Notes under the pieces: generated by a model
The model's database searches: none
Seen by the model: the letters and a program-made list of their open reading frames with translations, nothing else
What the model was told of the DNA's origin: nothing
Program-made: the position numbers and the translations under genes
Sequence record: AY264775.1
Length of the DNA stretch: 39,093 nt
Strand: one strand, 5' to 3'
Source of the DNA: Escherichia phage T7
Shown: one piece after another, positions 1 through 8,313 of the stretch
Layout of the letters: each line of letters begins with the position of its first letter
How positions within the stretch are numbered: position 1 is the stretch's first letter

Positions 1-136
1 TCCCCCCTAGGGGGTACCTAAAGCCCAGCCAATCATCTAAAGTCAACCTTCGGTTGACCTTGAGGGTTCCCTAAGGGTTGGGGATGACCCTTGGGTTTGT
101 CTTTGGGTGTTACTTTGAGTGTTTCTCTGTGTCCCT
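1..136. repeat. Left terminal direct repeat (partial; window starts about 24 nt inside the T7 TR)
   Basis: 1..136 matches 38958..39093 at the other end of the window apart from 3 mismatches; sequence is the T7 TR. Confidence 0.9.
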
Positions 137-145
137 ATCTGTTAC

Positions 146-320
146 AGTCTCCTAAAGTATCCTCCTAAAGTCACCTCTTAACGTCCATCCTAAAGCCAAC
201 ACCTAAAGCCAACACCTAAAGACCCATCAAGTCAACGCCTATCTTAAAGTTTAAACATAAAGACCAGACCTAAAGACCAAACCTAAAGACACTACATAAA
301 GACCAGACCTAAAGACGCCT
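146..320. repeat. Left-end array of imperfect CCTAAAG-type short repeats (T7 concatemer-processing/packaging region)
   Basis: Repeated cctaaag / acctaaag / cataaag units read directly in sequence. Confidence 0.8.
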
Positions 321-363
321 TGTTGTTAACCATAAAGGGATAACCTTTAATCATTGTCTTTAT

Positions 364-386
364 TAATACAACTCACTATAAGGAGA
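364..386 (+). promoter_or_regulatory. T7 RNAP promoter phiOL
   Basis: taatacaactcactataaggaga, close match to 23-bp T7 promoter consensus. Confidence 0.8.
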
Positions 387-437
387 GACAACTTAAAGAG
401 ACTTAAAAGATTAATTTAAAATTTATCAAAAAAAGTA

Positions 438-474
438 TTGACTTAAAGTCTAACCTATAGGATACTTACAGCCA
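438..474 (+). promoter_or_regulatory. Host sigma70 early promoter A1
   Basis: -35 ttgact (438-443), 17-bp spacer, -10 gatact (461-466); position matches T7 A1. Confidence 0.85.
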
Positions 475-564
475 TCGAGAGGGACACGGCGAATAACCAT
501 CCCAATCGACACCGGGGTCAACCGAATAAATAGACAGCCTGATAAGTCGCACGAAAAACAGGTA

Positions 565-602
565 TTGACAACATGAAGTAACATGCAGTAAGATACAAAT
601 CG
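565..602 (+). promoter_or_regulatory. Host sigma70 early promoter A2
   Basis: -35 ttgaca (565-570), -10 taagat (589-594). Confidence 0.8.
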
Positions 603-689
603 CTAGGTAACATTAGCAGCGTCAACCGGGCGCACAGTGCCTTCTAGGTGACTTAAGCGCACCACGGCACATAAGGTGAAACAAAACAG

Positions 690-726
690 TTGACAACATG
701 AAGTAAACACGGTACGATGTACCACA
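690..726 (+). promoter_or_regulatory. Host sigma70 early promoter A3
   Basis: -35 ttgaca (690-695), 17-bp spacer, -10 tacgat (713-718). Confidence 0.8.
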
Positions 727-814
727 TGAAACGACAGTGAGTTACCACACTGAAAGGTGATGCGGTCTAACGAAACCTGACCTAAGACGCTCTTTAACAA
801 TCTGGTAAATAGCT

Positions 815-872
815 CTTGAGTGCATGACTAGCGGATAACTCAAGGATATCGCAAGGTGCCCTTTATGATATT
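815..872 (+). promoter_or_regulatory. RNase III processing site R0.3 (approximate)
   Basis: ctcaagg...ccctttatgat hairpin motif upstream of gene 0.3, same family as the other T7 RNase III sites in the window. Confidence 0.5.
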
Positions 873-900
873 CACTAATAACTGCACGAGGTAACACAAG

Positions 901-1254
901 ATGGCTATGTCTAACATGACTTACAACAACGTTTTCAACCACGCTTACGAAATGCTGAAAGAAAATATCCGTTATGATGACATCCGTGACACTGATGACC
1001 TGCACGATGCTATTCACATGACTGCCGATAATGCAGTTCCGCACTACTACGCTGACATCTTTAGCGTAATGGCAAGTGAGGGCATTGACCTTGAGTTCGA
1101 AGACTCTGGTCTGATGCCTAACACTAAGGACGTAATCCGCATCCTGCAAGCGCGTATCTATGAGCAATTAACGATTGACCTCTGGGAAGACGCAGAAGAC
1201 TTGCTCAATGAATACTTGGAGGAAGTCGAGGAGTACGAGGAGGAGGAAGAGTAA
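901..1254 (+). CDS. 0.3: Ocr, DNA-mimic anti-restriction protein (gp0.3)
   Basis: 117-aa ORF, acidic C-terminus, recognisable Ocr sequence. Confidence 0.95.
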   Translation: MAMSNMTYNNVFNHAYEMLKENIRYDDIRDTDDLHDAIHMTADNAVPHYYADIFSVMASEGIDLEFEDSGLMPNTKDVIRILQARIYEQLTIDLWEDAEDLLNEYLEEVEEYEEEEE

Positions 1255-1409
1255 TGTCTACTACCAACGTGCAATACGGTCTGACCGCTCAAACTGTATT
1301 TTTCTATAGCGACATGGTGCGCTGTGGCTTTAACTGGTCACTCGCAATGGCACAGCTCAAAGAACTGTACGAAAACAACAAGGCAATAGCTTTAGAATCT
1401 GCTGAGTGA
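1254..1409 (+). CDS. 0.4: gp0.4 (small early protein, reported FtsZ inhibitor)
   Basis: 51-aa [13 protein letters not shown]...; start overlaps the 0.3 stop (TAATG). Confidence 0.8.
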   Translation: MSTTNVQYGLTAQTVFFYSDMVRCGFNWSLAMAQLKELYENNKAIALESAE

Positions 1410-1410
1410 T

Positions 1411-1452
1411 AGACTCAAGGTCGCTCCTAGCGAGTGGCCTTTATGATTATCA
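1411..1452 (+). promoter_or_regulatory. RNase III site R0.5 (approximate)
   Basis: actcaaggtcgctcctagcgagtggcctttatgatt hairpin motif. Confidence 0.5.
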
Positions 1453-1471
1453 CTTTACTTATGAGGAAGTA

Positions 1472-1615
1472 ATGTATATGCTTACTATCGGTCTACTCAC
1501 CGTTTTAGATCTAGCTGTAGGTGCATCCTTTGGGAAGGCTTTAGGTGTAGCTGTAGGTTCCTACTTTACCGCTTGCATCATCATAGAAATCATCAAAGGG
1601 GCACTACGCAAATGA
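1472..1615 (+). CDS. 0.5: gp0.5, small hydrophobic early protein
   Basis: 47-aa [15 protein letters not shown]... preceded by gaggaag SD; the longer track ORF 1406..1615 begins inside the RNase III site. Confidence 0.75.
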   Translation: MYMLTIGLLTVLDLAVGASFGKALGVAVGSYFTACIIIEIIKGALRK

Positions 1616-2256
1616 TGAAGCACTACGTTATGCCAATCCACACGTCCAACGGGACAACCGTATGTACACCTGATGGGTTCGCAATGAAACAACGAATCGA
1701 ACGCCTTAAGCGTGAACTCCGCATTAACCGCAAGTTCTTTGAGGGCATCGCCTCATTCGACATGCATAGCGGGAACATCATGTTCTCAAATGGAGACGTA
1801 CCATACATCACCAACCCGGTATCATTCTCGCAGAAGAAAGATGGTGGCGCATTCAGCATCGACCCTGAGGAACTCATCAAGGAAGTCGAGGAAGTCGCAC
1901 GACAGAAAGAAATTGACCGCGCTAAGGCCCGTAAAGAACGTCACGAGGGGCGCTTAGAGGCACGCAGATTCAAACGTCGCAACCGCAAGGCACGTAAAGC
2001 ACACAAAGCTAAGCGCGAAAGAATGCTTGCTGCGTGGCGATGGGCTGAACGTCAAGAACGGCGTAACCATGAGGTAGCTGTAGATGTACTAAGAAGAACC
2101 AATAACGCTATGCTCTGGGTCAACATGTTCTCTGGGGACTTTAAGGCGCTTGAGAAACGAATCGCGCTGCACTGGCGTAATGCTGACCGGATGGCTATCG
2201 CTAATGGTCTTACGCTCAACATTGATAAGCAACTTGACGTAATGTTAATGGACTGA
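1612..2256 (+). CDS. 0.6/0.7: In-frame fusion: N-terminal ~41 aa of gp0.6 joined to the C-terminal ~173 aa of gp0.7 (host-transcription shutoff part; protein kinase domain deleted)
   Basis: ORF starts [14 protein letters not shown] (gp0.6) and continues ...RINRK|[17 protein letters not shown]... (gp0.7 C-terminal region); length accounting against T7 indicates ~820 bp missing here. Confidence 0.8.
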   Translation: MMKHYVMPIHTSNGTTVCTPDGFAMKQRIERLKRELRINRKFFEGIASFDMHSGNIMFSNGDVPYITNPVSFSQKKDGGAFSIDPEELIKEVEEVARQKEIDRAKARKERHEGRLEARRFKRRNRKARKAHKAKRERMLAAWRWAERQERRNHEVAVDVLRRTNNAMLWVNMFSGDFKALEKRIALHWRNADRMAIANGLTLNIDKQLDVMLMD

Positions 2257-2261
2257 TAGTC

Positions 2262-2312
2262 TTATCTTACAGGTCATTTGCGGGTGGCCTGAATAGGTAC
2301 GATTTACTAACT
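2262..2312 (+). promoter_or_regulatory. RNase III site R1 (approximate)
   Basis: Hairpin-forming leader upstream of gene 1 at the T7 R1 position. Confidence 0.45.
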
Positions 2313-2326
2313 GAAAGAGGCACTAA

Positions 2327-4978
2327 ATGAACACGATTAACATTGCTAAGAACGACTTCTCTGACATCGAACTGGCTGCTATCCCGTTCAACACTCTGGC
2401 TGACCATTACGGTGAGCGTTTAGCTCGCGAACAGTTGGCTCTTGAACATGAGTCTTACGAGATGGGTGAAGCACGCTTCCGCAAGATGTTTGAGCGTCAA
2501 CTTAAAGCTGGTGAGGTTGCGGATAACGCTGCCGCCAAGCCTCTCATCACTACCCTACTCCCTAAGATGATTGCACGCATCAACGACTGGTTTGAGGAAG
2601 TGAAAGCTAAGCGCGGCAAGCGTCCGACAGCCTTCCAGTTTCTGCAAGAAATCAAGCCGGAAGCCGTAGCGTACATCACCATTAAAACCACTCTGGCTTG
2701 CCTAACCAGTGCTGACAATATAACCGTTCAGGCTGTAGCAAGCGCAATCGGTCGGGCCATTGAGGACGAGGCTCGCTTCGGTCGTATCCGTGACCTTGAA
2801 GCTAAGCACTTCAAGAAAAACGTTGAGGAACAACTCAACAAGCGCGTAGGGCACGTCTACAAGAAAGCATTTATGCAAGTTGTCGAGGCTGACATGCTCT
2901 CTAAGGGTCTACTCGGTGGCGAGGCGTGGTCTTCGTGGCATAAGGAAGACTCTATTCATGTAGGAGTACGCTGCATCGAGATGCTCATTGAGTCAACCGG
3001 AATGGTTAGCTTACACCGCCAAAATGCTGGCGTAGTAGGTCAAGACTCTGAGACTATCGAACTCGCACCTGAATACGCTGAGGCTATCGCAACCCGTGCA
3101 GGTGCGCTGGCTGGCATTTCTCCAATGTTCCAACCTTGCGTAATTCCTTCTAAGCCGTGGACTGGCATTACTGGTGGTGGCTATTGGGCTAACGGTCGTC
3201 GTCCTCTGGCGCTGGTGCGTACTCACAGTAAGAAAGCACTGATGCGCTACGAAAACGTTTACATGCCTGAGGTGTACAAAGCGATTAACATTGCGCAAAA
3301 CACCGCATGGAAAATCAACAAGAAAGTCCTAGCGGTCGCCAACGTAATTACCAAGTGGAAGCATTGTCCGGTCGAGGACATCCCTGCGATTGAGCGTGAA
3401 GAACTCCCGATGAAACCGAAAGACATCGACATGAATCCTGAGGCTCTCACCGCGTGGAAACGTGCTGCCGCTGCTGTGTACCGCAAGGACAAGGCTCGCA
3501 AATCTCGCCGTATCAACCTTGAGTTCATGCTTGAGCAAGCCAATAAGTTTGCTAACCATAAGGCCATCTGGTTCCCTTACAACATGGACTGGCGCGGTCG
3601 TGTTTACGCTGTGTCAATGTTCAACCCGCAAGGTAACGATATGACCAAAGGACTGCTTACGCTGGCGAAAGGTAAACCAATCGGTAAGGAAGGTTACTAC
3701 TGGCTGAAAATCCACGGTGCAAACTGTGCGGGTGTCGATAAGGTTCCGTTCCCTGAGCGCATCAAGTTCATTGAGGAAAACCACGAGAACATCATGGCTT
3801 GTGCTAAGTCTCCACTGGAGAACACTTGGTGGGCTGAGCAAAATTCTCCGTTCTGCTTCCTTGCGTTCTGCTTTGAGTACGCTGGAGTACAGCACCACGG
3901 CCTGAGCTATAACTGCTCCCTTCCGCTGGCGTTTGACGGGTCTTGCTCTGGCATCCAGCACTTCTCCGCGATGCTCCGAGATGAGGTAGGTGGTCGCGCG
4001 GTTAACTTGCTTCCTAGTGAAACCGTTCAGGACATCTACGGGATTGTTGCTAAAAAAGTCAACGAGATTCTACAAGCAGACGCAATCAATGGGACTGATA
4101 ACGAAGTAGTTACCGTGACCGATGAGAACACTGGTGAAATCTCTGAGAAAATCAAACTGGGCACTAAGGCACTGGCTGGTCAATGGCTGGCTTACGGTGT
4201 TACTCGCAGTGTGACTAAGCGTTCAGTCATGACGCTGGCTTACGGGTCCAAAGAGTTCGGCTTCCGTCAACAAGTGCTAGAAGATACCATTCAGCCAGCT
4301 ATTGATTCCGGCAAGGGTCTGATGTTCACTCAGCCGAATCAGGCTGCTGGATACATGGCTAAGCTGATTTGGGAATCTGTGAGCGTGACGGTGGTAGCTG
4401 CGGTTGAAGCAATGAACTGGCTTAAGTCTGCTGCTAAGCTGCTGGCTGCTGAGGTCAAAGATAAGAAGACTGGAGAGATTCTTCGCAAGCGTTGCGCTGT
4501 GCATTGGGTAACTCCTGATGGTTTCCCTGTGTGGCAGGAATACAAGAAGCCTATTCAGACGCGCTTGAACCTGATGTTCCTCGGTCAGTTCCGCTTACAG
4601 CCTACCATTAATACCAACAAAGATAGCGAGATTGATGCACACAAACAGGAGTCTGGTATCGCTCCTAACTTTGTACACAGTCAAGACGGTAGCCATCTTC
4701 GTAAGACTGTAGTGTGGGCACACGAGAAGTACGGAATCGAATCTTTTGCACTGATTCACGACTCCTTCGGTACCATTCCGGCTGACGCTGCGAACCTGTT
4801 CAAAGCAGTGCGCGAAACTATGGTTGACACATATGAGTCTTGTGATGTACTGGCTGATTTCTACGACCAGTTCGCTGACCAGTTGCACGAGTCTCAATTG
4901 GACAAAATGCCAGCACTTCCGGCTAAAGGTAACTTGAACCTCCGTGACATCTTAGAGTCGGACTTCGCGTTCGCGTAA
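2327..4978 (+). CDS. 1: T7 RNA polymerase (gp1)
   Basis: 883-aa ORF, essentially identical to canonical T7 RNAP apart from a handful of substitutions. Confidence 0.99.
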   Translation: MNTINIAKNDFSDIELAAIPFNTLADHYGERLAREQLALEHESYEMGEARFRKMFERQLKAGEVADNAAAKPLITTLLPKMIARINDWFEEVKAKRGKRPTAFQFLQEIKPEAVAYITIKTTLACLTSADNITVQAVASAIGRAIEDEARFGRIRDLEAKHFKKNVEEQLNKRVGHVYKKAFMQVVEADMLSKGLLGGEAWSSWHKEDSIHVGVRCIEMLIESTGMVSLHRQNAGVVGQDSETIELAPEYAEAIATRAGALAGISPMFQPCVIPSKPWTGITGGGYWANGRRPLALVRTHSKKALMRYENVYMPEVYKAINIAQNTAWKINKKVLAVANVITKWKHCPVEDIPAIEREELPMKPKDIDMNPEALTAWKRAAAAVYRKDKARKSRRINLEFMLEQANKFANHKAIWFPYNMDWRGRVYAVSMFNPQGNDMTKGLLTLAKGKPIGKEGYYWLKIHGANCAGVDKVPFPERIKFIEENHENIMACAKSPLENTWWAEQNSPFCFLAFCFEYAGVQHHGLSYNCSLPLAFDGSCSGIQHFSAMLRDEVGGRAVNLLPSETVQDIYGIVAKKVNEILQADAINGTDNEVVTVTDENTGEISEKIKLGTKALAGQWLAYGVTRSVTKRSVMTLAYGSKEFGFRQQVLEDTIQPAIDSGKGLMFTQPNQAAGYMAKLIWESVSVTVVAAVEAMNWLKSAAKLLAAEVKDKKTGEILRKRCAVHWVTPDGFPVWQEYKKPIQTRLNLMFLGQFRLQPTINTNKDSEIDAHKQESGIAPNFVHSQDGSHLRKTVVWAHEKYGIESFALIHDSFGTIPADAANLFKAVRETMVDTYESCDVLADFYDQFADQLHESQLDKMPALPAKGNLNLRDILESDFAFA

Positions 4979-4986
4979 CGCCAAAT

Positions 4987-5009
4987 CAATACGACTCACT
5001 ATAGAGGAA
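4987..5009 (+). promoter_or_regulatory. T7 promoter phi1.1A
   Basis: caatacgactcactatagaggaa. Confidence 0.85.
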
Positions 5010-5010
5010 C

Positions 5011-5050
5011 AAACTCAAGGTCATTCGCAAAAATGGCCTTTATGATTGAT
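5011..5050 (+). promoter_or_regulatory. RNase III site R1.1 (approximate)
   Basis: actcaaggtcattcgcaaaaatggcctttatgattg motif. Confidence 0.5.
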
Positions 5051-5061
5051 CTTCTTCCGGT

Positions 5062-5084
5062 TAATACGACTCACTATAGGAGAA
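5062..5084 (+). promoter_or_regulatory. T7 promoter phi1.1B
   Basis: taatacgactcactataggagaa. Confidence 0.9.
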
Positions 5085-5160
5085 CCTTAAGGTTTAACTT
5101 TAAGACCCTTAAGTGTTAATTAGAGATTTAAATTAAAGAATTACTAAGAGAGGACTTTAA
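5085..5160. other. AT-rich region downstream of phi1.1A/B, the position of the T7 primary origin of replication
   Basis: AT-rich stretch ttaaggtttaactttaagaccc...aaattaaagaattactaag; assignment by position in the T7 map. Confidence 0.5.
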
Positions 5161-5162
5161 GT

Positions 5163-5291
5163 ATGCGTAACTTCGAAAAGATGATCAAACGTTCTAACCG
5201 TAATGCTCGTGACTTCGAGGTAACCAAAGGTCGCAAGTTGAATAAGACTAAGCGTGACCGCTCTCACAAGCGTAGCTGGGAGAGTCAGTAA
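5163..5291 (+). CDS. 1.1: gp1.1, small basic protein
   Basis: 42-aa ORF MRNFEKMIKRSNRNARDFEV... Confidence 0.8.
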   Translation: MRNFEKMIKRSNRNARDFEVTKGRKLNKTKRDRSHKRSWESQ

Positions 5292-5292
5292 G

Positions 5293-5550
5293 ATGGGACG
5301 TTTATATAGTGGTAATCTGGCAGCATTCAAGGCAGCAACAAACAAGCTGTTCCAGTTAGACTTAGCGGTCATTTATGATGACTGGTATGATGTCTATACA
5401 AGAAAAGATTGCATACGGTTACGTATTGAGGACAGGAGTGGAAACCTGATTGATACTAACACCTTCTACCACCACGACGAGGACGTTCTGTTCAATATGT
5501 GTACTGATTGGTTGAACCATATGTATGACCAGTTGAAGGACTGGAAGTAA
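5293..5550 (+). CDS. 1.2: gp1.2, inhibitor of host dGTPase (Dgt)
   Basis: 85-aa ORF MGRLYSGNLAAFKAATNKLF... Confidence 0.85.
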   Translation: MGRLYSGNLAAFKAATNKLFQLDLAVIYDDWYDVYTRKDCIRLRIEDRSGNLIDTNTFYHHDEDVLFNMCTDWLNHMYDQLKDWK

Positions 5551-5570
5551 TACGACTCAGTATAGGGACA
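5548..5570 (+). promoter_or_regulatory. T7 promoter phi1.3
   Basis: taatacgactcagtatagggaca. Confidence 0.85.
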
Positions 5571-5572
5571 AT

Positions 5573-5612
5573 GCTTAAGGTCGCTCTCTAGGAGTGGCCT
5601 TAGTCATTTAAC
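5573..5612 (+). promoter_or_regulatory. RNase III site R1.3 (approximate)
   Basis: cttaaggtcgctctctaggagtggccttagtcatt motif. Confidence 0.5.
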
Positions 5613-5630
5613 CAATAGGAAATAAACATT

Positions 5631-6710
5631 ATGATGAACATTAAGACTAACCCGTTTAAAGCCGTGTCTTTCGTAGAGTCTGCCATTAAGAAGGCTCTGG
5701 ATAACGCTGGGTATCTTATCGCTGAAATCAAGTACAATGATGTACGCGGGAACATCTGCGTAGACAATACTGCTAACAGTTACTGGCTCTCTCGTGTATC
5801 TAAAACGATTCCGGCACTGGAGCACTTAAACGGGTTTGATGTTCGTTGGAAGCGTTTACTGAACGATGATCGTTGCTTCTACAAAGATGGCTTTATGCTT
5901 GATGGGGAACTCATGGTCAAGGGCGTAAACTTTAATACAGGGTCCGGTCTACTGCGTACCAAATGGACTGACACGAAGAACCAAGAGTTCCATGAAGAGT
6001 TATTCGTTGAACCAATCCGTAAGAAAGATAAAGTTCCCTTTAAGCTGCACACTGAACACCTTCACATAAAACTGTACGCTATCCTCCCGCTGCACATCGT
6101 GGAGTCTGGAAAAGACTGTGATGTCATGACGTTGCTCATGCAGGAACACGTTAAGAACATGCTGCCTCTGCTACAAGAATATTTTCCTGAAATCGAATGG
6201 CAAGCGGCTGAATCTTACGAGGTCTACGATATGGTAGAACTACAGCAACTGTACGAGCAGAAGCGAGCAGAAGGCCATGAGGGTCTCATTGTGAAAGACC
6301 CGATGTGTATCTATAAGCGCGGTAAAAAATCTGGCTGGTGGAAAATGAAACCTGAGAACGAAGCTGACGGTATCATTCAGGGTCTGATATGGGGTATAAA
6401 AGGTCTGGCTAATGAAGGTAAAGTGATTGGTTTTGAGGTGCTTCTTGAGAATGGTCGTTTAGTTAACGCCACGAATATTTCTCGTGCCTTAATGGATGAG
6501 TTCACTGAGACAGTAAAAGAGGCCACTCTAAGTCAATGGGGATTCTTTAGCCCATACGGTATTGGCGACAACGATGCTTGTACTATTAACCCTTACGATG
6601 GCTGGGCGTGTCAAATTAGCTACATGGAGGAAACACCTGATGGCTCTTTGCGGCACCCATCGTTCGTAATGTTCCGTGGCACTGAGGACAACCCTCAAGA
6701 GAAAATGTAA
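5631..6710 (+). CDS. 1.3: ATP-dependent DNA ligase (gp1.3)
   Basis: 359-aa ORF, T7 ligase. Confidence 0.95.
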   Translation: MMNIKTNPFKAVSFVESAIKKALDNAGYLIAEIKYNDVRGNICVDNTANSYWLSRVSKTIPALEHLNGFDVRWKRLLNDDRCFYKDGFMLDGELMVKGVNFNTGSGLLRTKWTDTKNQEFHEELFVEPIRKKDKVPFKLHTEHLHIKLYAILPLHIVESGKDCDVMTLLMQEHVKNMLPLLQEYFPEIEWQAAESYEVYDMVELQQLYEQKRAEGHEGLIVKDPMCIYKRGKKSGWWKMKPENEADGIIQGLIWGIKGLANEGKVIGFEVLLENGRLVNATNISRALMDEFTETVKEATLSQWGFFSPYGIGDNDACTINPYDGWACQISYMEETPDGSLRHPSFVMFRGTEDNPQEKM

Positions 6711-6715
6711 TCACA

Positions 6716-6742
6716 CTGGCTCACCTTCGGGTGGGCTTTTCT
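6716..6742 (+). terminator. Early terminator TE (intrinsic, for host RNAP)
   Basis: GC hairpin ggctcaccttcgggtgggc followed by ttttctg. Confidence 0.8.
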
Positions 6743-6763
6743 GCGTTTATAAGGAGACACTTT

Positions 6764-6919
6764 ATGTTTAAGAAGGTTGGTAAATTCCTTGCGGCTTTGG
6801 CAGCTATCCTGACGCTTGCGTATATTCTTGCAGTATACCTTCAAGTAGCACTAGTAGTAATTGGCGCTTGTTATTTAGCGACAGTGTGTGCTTGCGTGTG
6901 GAGTATAGTTAACTGGTAA
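6764..6919 (+). CDS. 1.4: gp1.4, small hydrophobic protein
   Basis: 51-aa ORF MFKKVGKFLAALAAILTLAY... Confidence 0.75.
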   Translation: MFKKVGKFLAALAAILTLAYILAVYLQVALVVIGACYLATVCACVWSIVNW

Positions 6920-6939
6920 TACGACTCACTAAAAGAGGT
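6917..6939 (+). promoter_or_regulatory. T7 promoter phi1.5 (variant: A at +1)
   Basis: taatacgactcactaaa|agaggt; every other class II promoter in the window has G at +1. Confidence 0.8.
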
Positions 6940-6946
6940 ACACACC

Positions 6947-7039
6947 ATGATGTACTTAATGCCATTACTCATCGTCATTGTAGGATGCCTTGCGCTCTAC
7001 TGTAGCGATGATGATGATATGCCAAATGGTCACGCTTAA
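6947..7039 (+). CDS. 1.5: gp1.5 (30 codons here; contains a GAT x4 run)
   Basis: ORF MMYLMPLLIVIVGCLALYCSDDDDMPNGHA. Confidence 0.7.
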   Translation: MMYLMPLLIVIVGCLALYCSDDDDMPNGHA

Positions 7040-7059
7040 TACGACTCACTAAAGGAGAC
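7037..7059 (+). promoter_or_regulatory. T7 promoter phi1.6
   Basis: taatacgactcactaaaggagac. Confidence 0.9.
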
Positions 7060-7064
7060 ACTAT

Positions 7065-7325
7065 ATGTTTCGACTTCATTACAACAAAAGCGTTAAGAAT
7101 TTCACGATTCGCCGTGCTGACCGTTCAATCGTATGTGCGAGCGAGCGCCGAGCTAAGATACCTCTTATTGGTAACACAGTTCCTTTGGCACCGAACGTCC
7201 ACATCATTATCACCCGTGGTGACTTTGAAAAAGCAATAGACAAGAAACGTCCGGTTCTTAGTGTGGCAATGACCCGCTTCCCGTTCGTCCGTCTGTTACT
7301 CAAACGAATCAAGGAGGTGTTCTGA
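7065..7325 (+). CDS. 1.6: gp1.6
   Basis: 86-aa ORF. Confidence 0.85.
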   Translation: MFRLHYNKSVKNFTIRRADRSIVCASERRAKIPLIGNTVPLAPNVHIIITRGDFEKAIDKKRPVLSVAMTRFPFVRLLLKRIKEVF

Positions 7326-7904
7326 TGGGACTGTTAGATGGTGAAGTCTGGGAAAAAAACCCGCCAGTACAAGCAACTGGATGTATAGCTTGCTTAGAGA
7401 AAGATGACCGTTATCCACACATCTGTAACAAAGGAGCTAACGATATGACTGAACGTGAACAAGAGATGATCATTAAGTTGATAGACAATAATGAAGGTCG
7501 CCCAAATGATTTGAATGGCTGCGGTATTCTCTGCTCCAATGTCCCTTGCCACTTCTGCCCCACAAATAACGATCAAAAGATAACTTTAGGTGAAATCCGA
7601 GCGATGGACCCACGTAAACCACATCTGAATAAACCTGAGGTAACTCCTACAGATGACCAGCCTTCCGCTGAGACAATCGAAGGTGTCACTAAGCCTTCCC
7701 ACTACATGCTGTTTGACGACATTGAGGCTATCGAAGTGATTGCTCGTTCAATGACCGTTGAGCAGTTCAAGGGATACTGCTTCGGTAACATCTTAAAGTA
7801 CAGACTACGTGCTGGTAAGAAGTCAGAGTTAGCGTACTTAGAGAAAGACCTAGCGAAAGCAGACTTCTATAAAGAACTCTTTGAGAAACATAAGGATAAA
7901 TGTT

Positions 7905-7912
<8 letters not shown>
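7325..7912 (+). CDS. 1.7: gp1.7 nucleotide kinase (195 aa here)
   Basis: 195-aa ORF starting at the ATG that overlaps the 1.6 stop. Confidence 0.85.
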
Positions 7913-8245
<333 letters not shown>

Positions 8246-8248
<3 letters not shown>

Positions 8249-8268
8249 TACGACTCACTATTAGGGAA
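8246..8268 (+). promoter_or_regulatory. T7 promoter phi2.5 (A-initiating)
   Basis: taatacgactcactattagggaa. Confidence 0.85.
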
Positions 8269-8313
8269 GACTCCCTCTGAGAAACCAAACGAAACCTAAA
8301 GGAGATTAACATT

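Noticed and set aside
146-320. CRISPR-like array of short repeats near the left end
   Set aside because: Units are about 7 bp, imperfect and contiguous without spacers; they are the known T7 end-proximal repeats involved in concatemer processing.
1243-1251. Ocr C-terminus EEEEE (possibly EEDEE in wild type)
   Set aside because: This would require a transversion, inconsistent with every other difference, and my memory of the wild-type codon is uncertain.
1406-1615. 69-aa extended ORF upstream of gene 0.5
   Set aside because: The N-terminal extension starts inside the RNase III hairpin and lacks an SD; the internal ATG at 1472 with gaggaag SD matches gp0.5.
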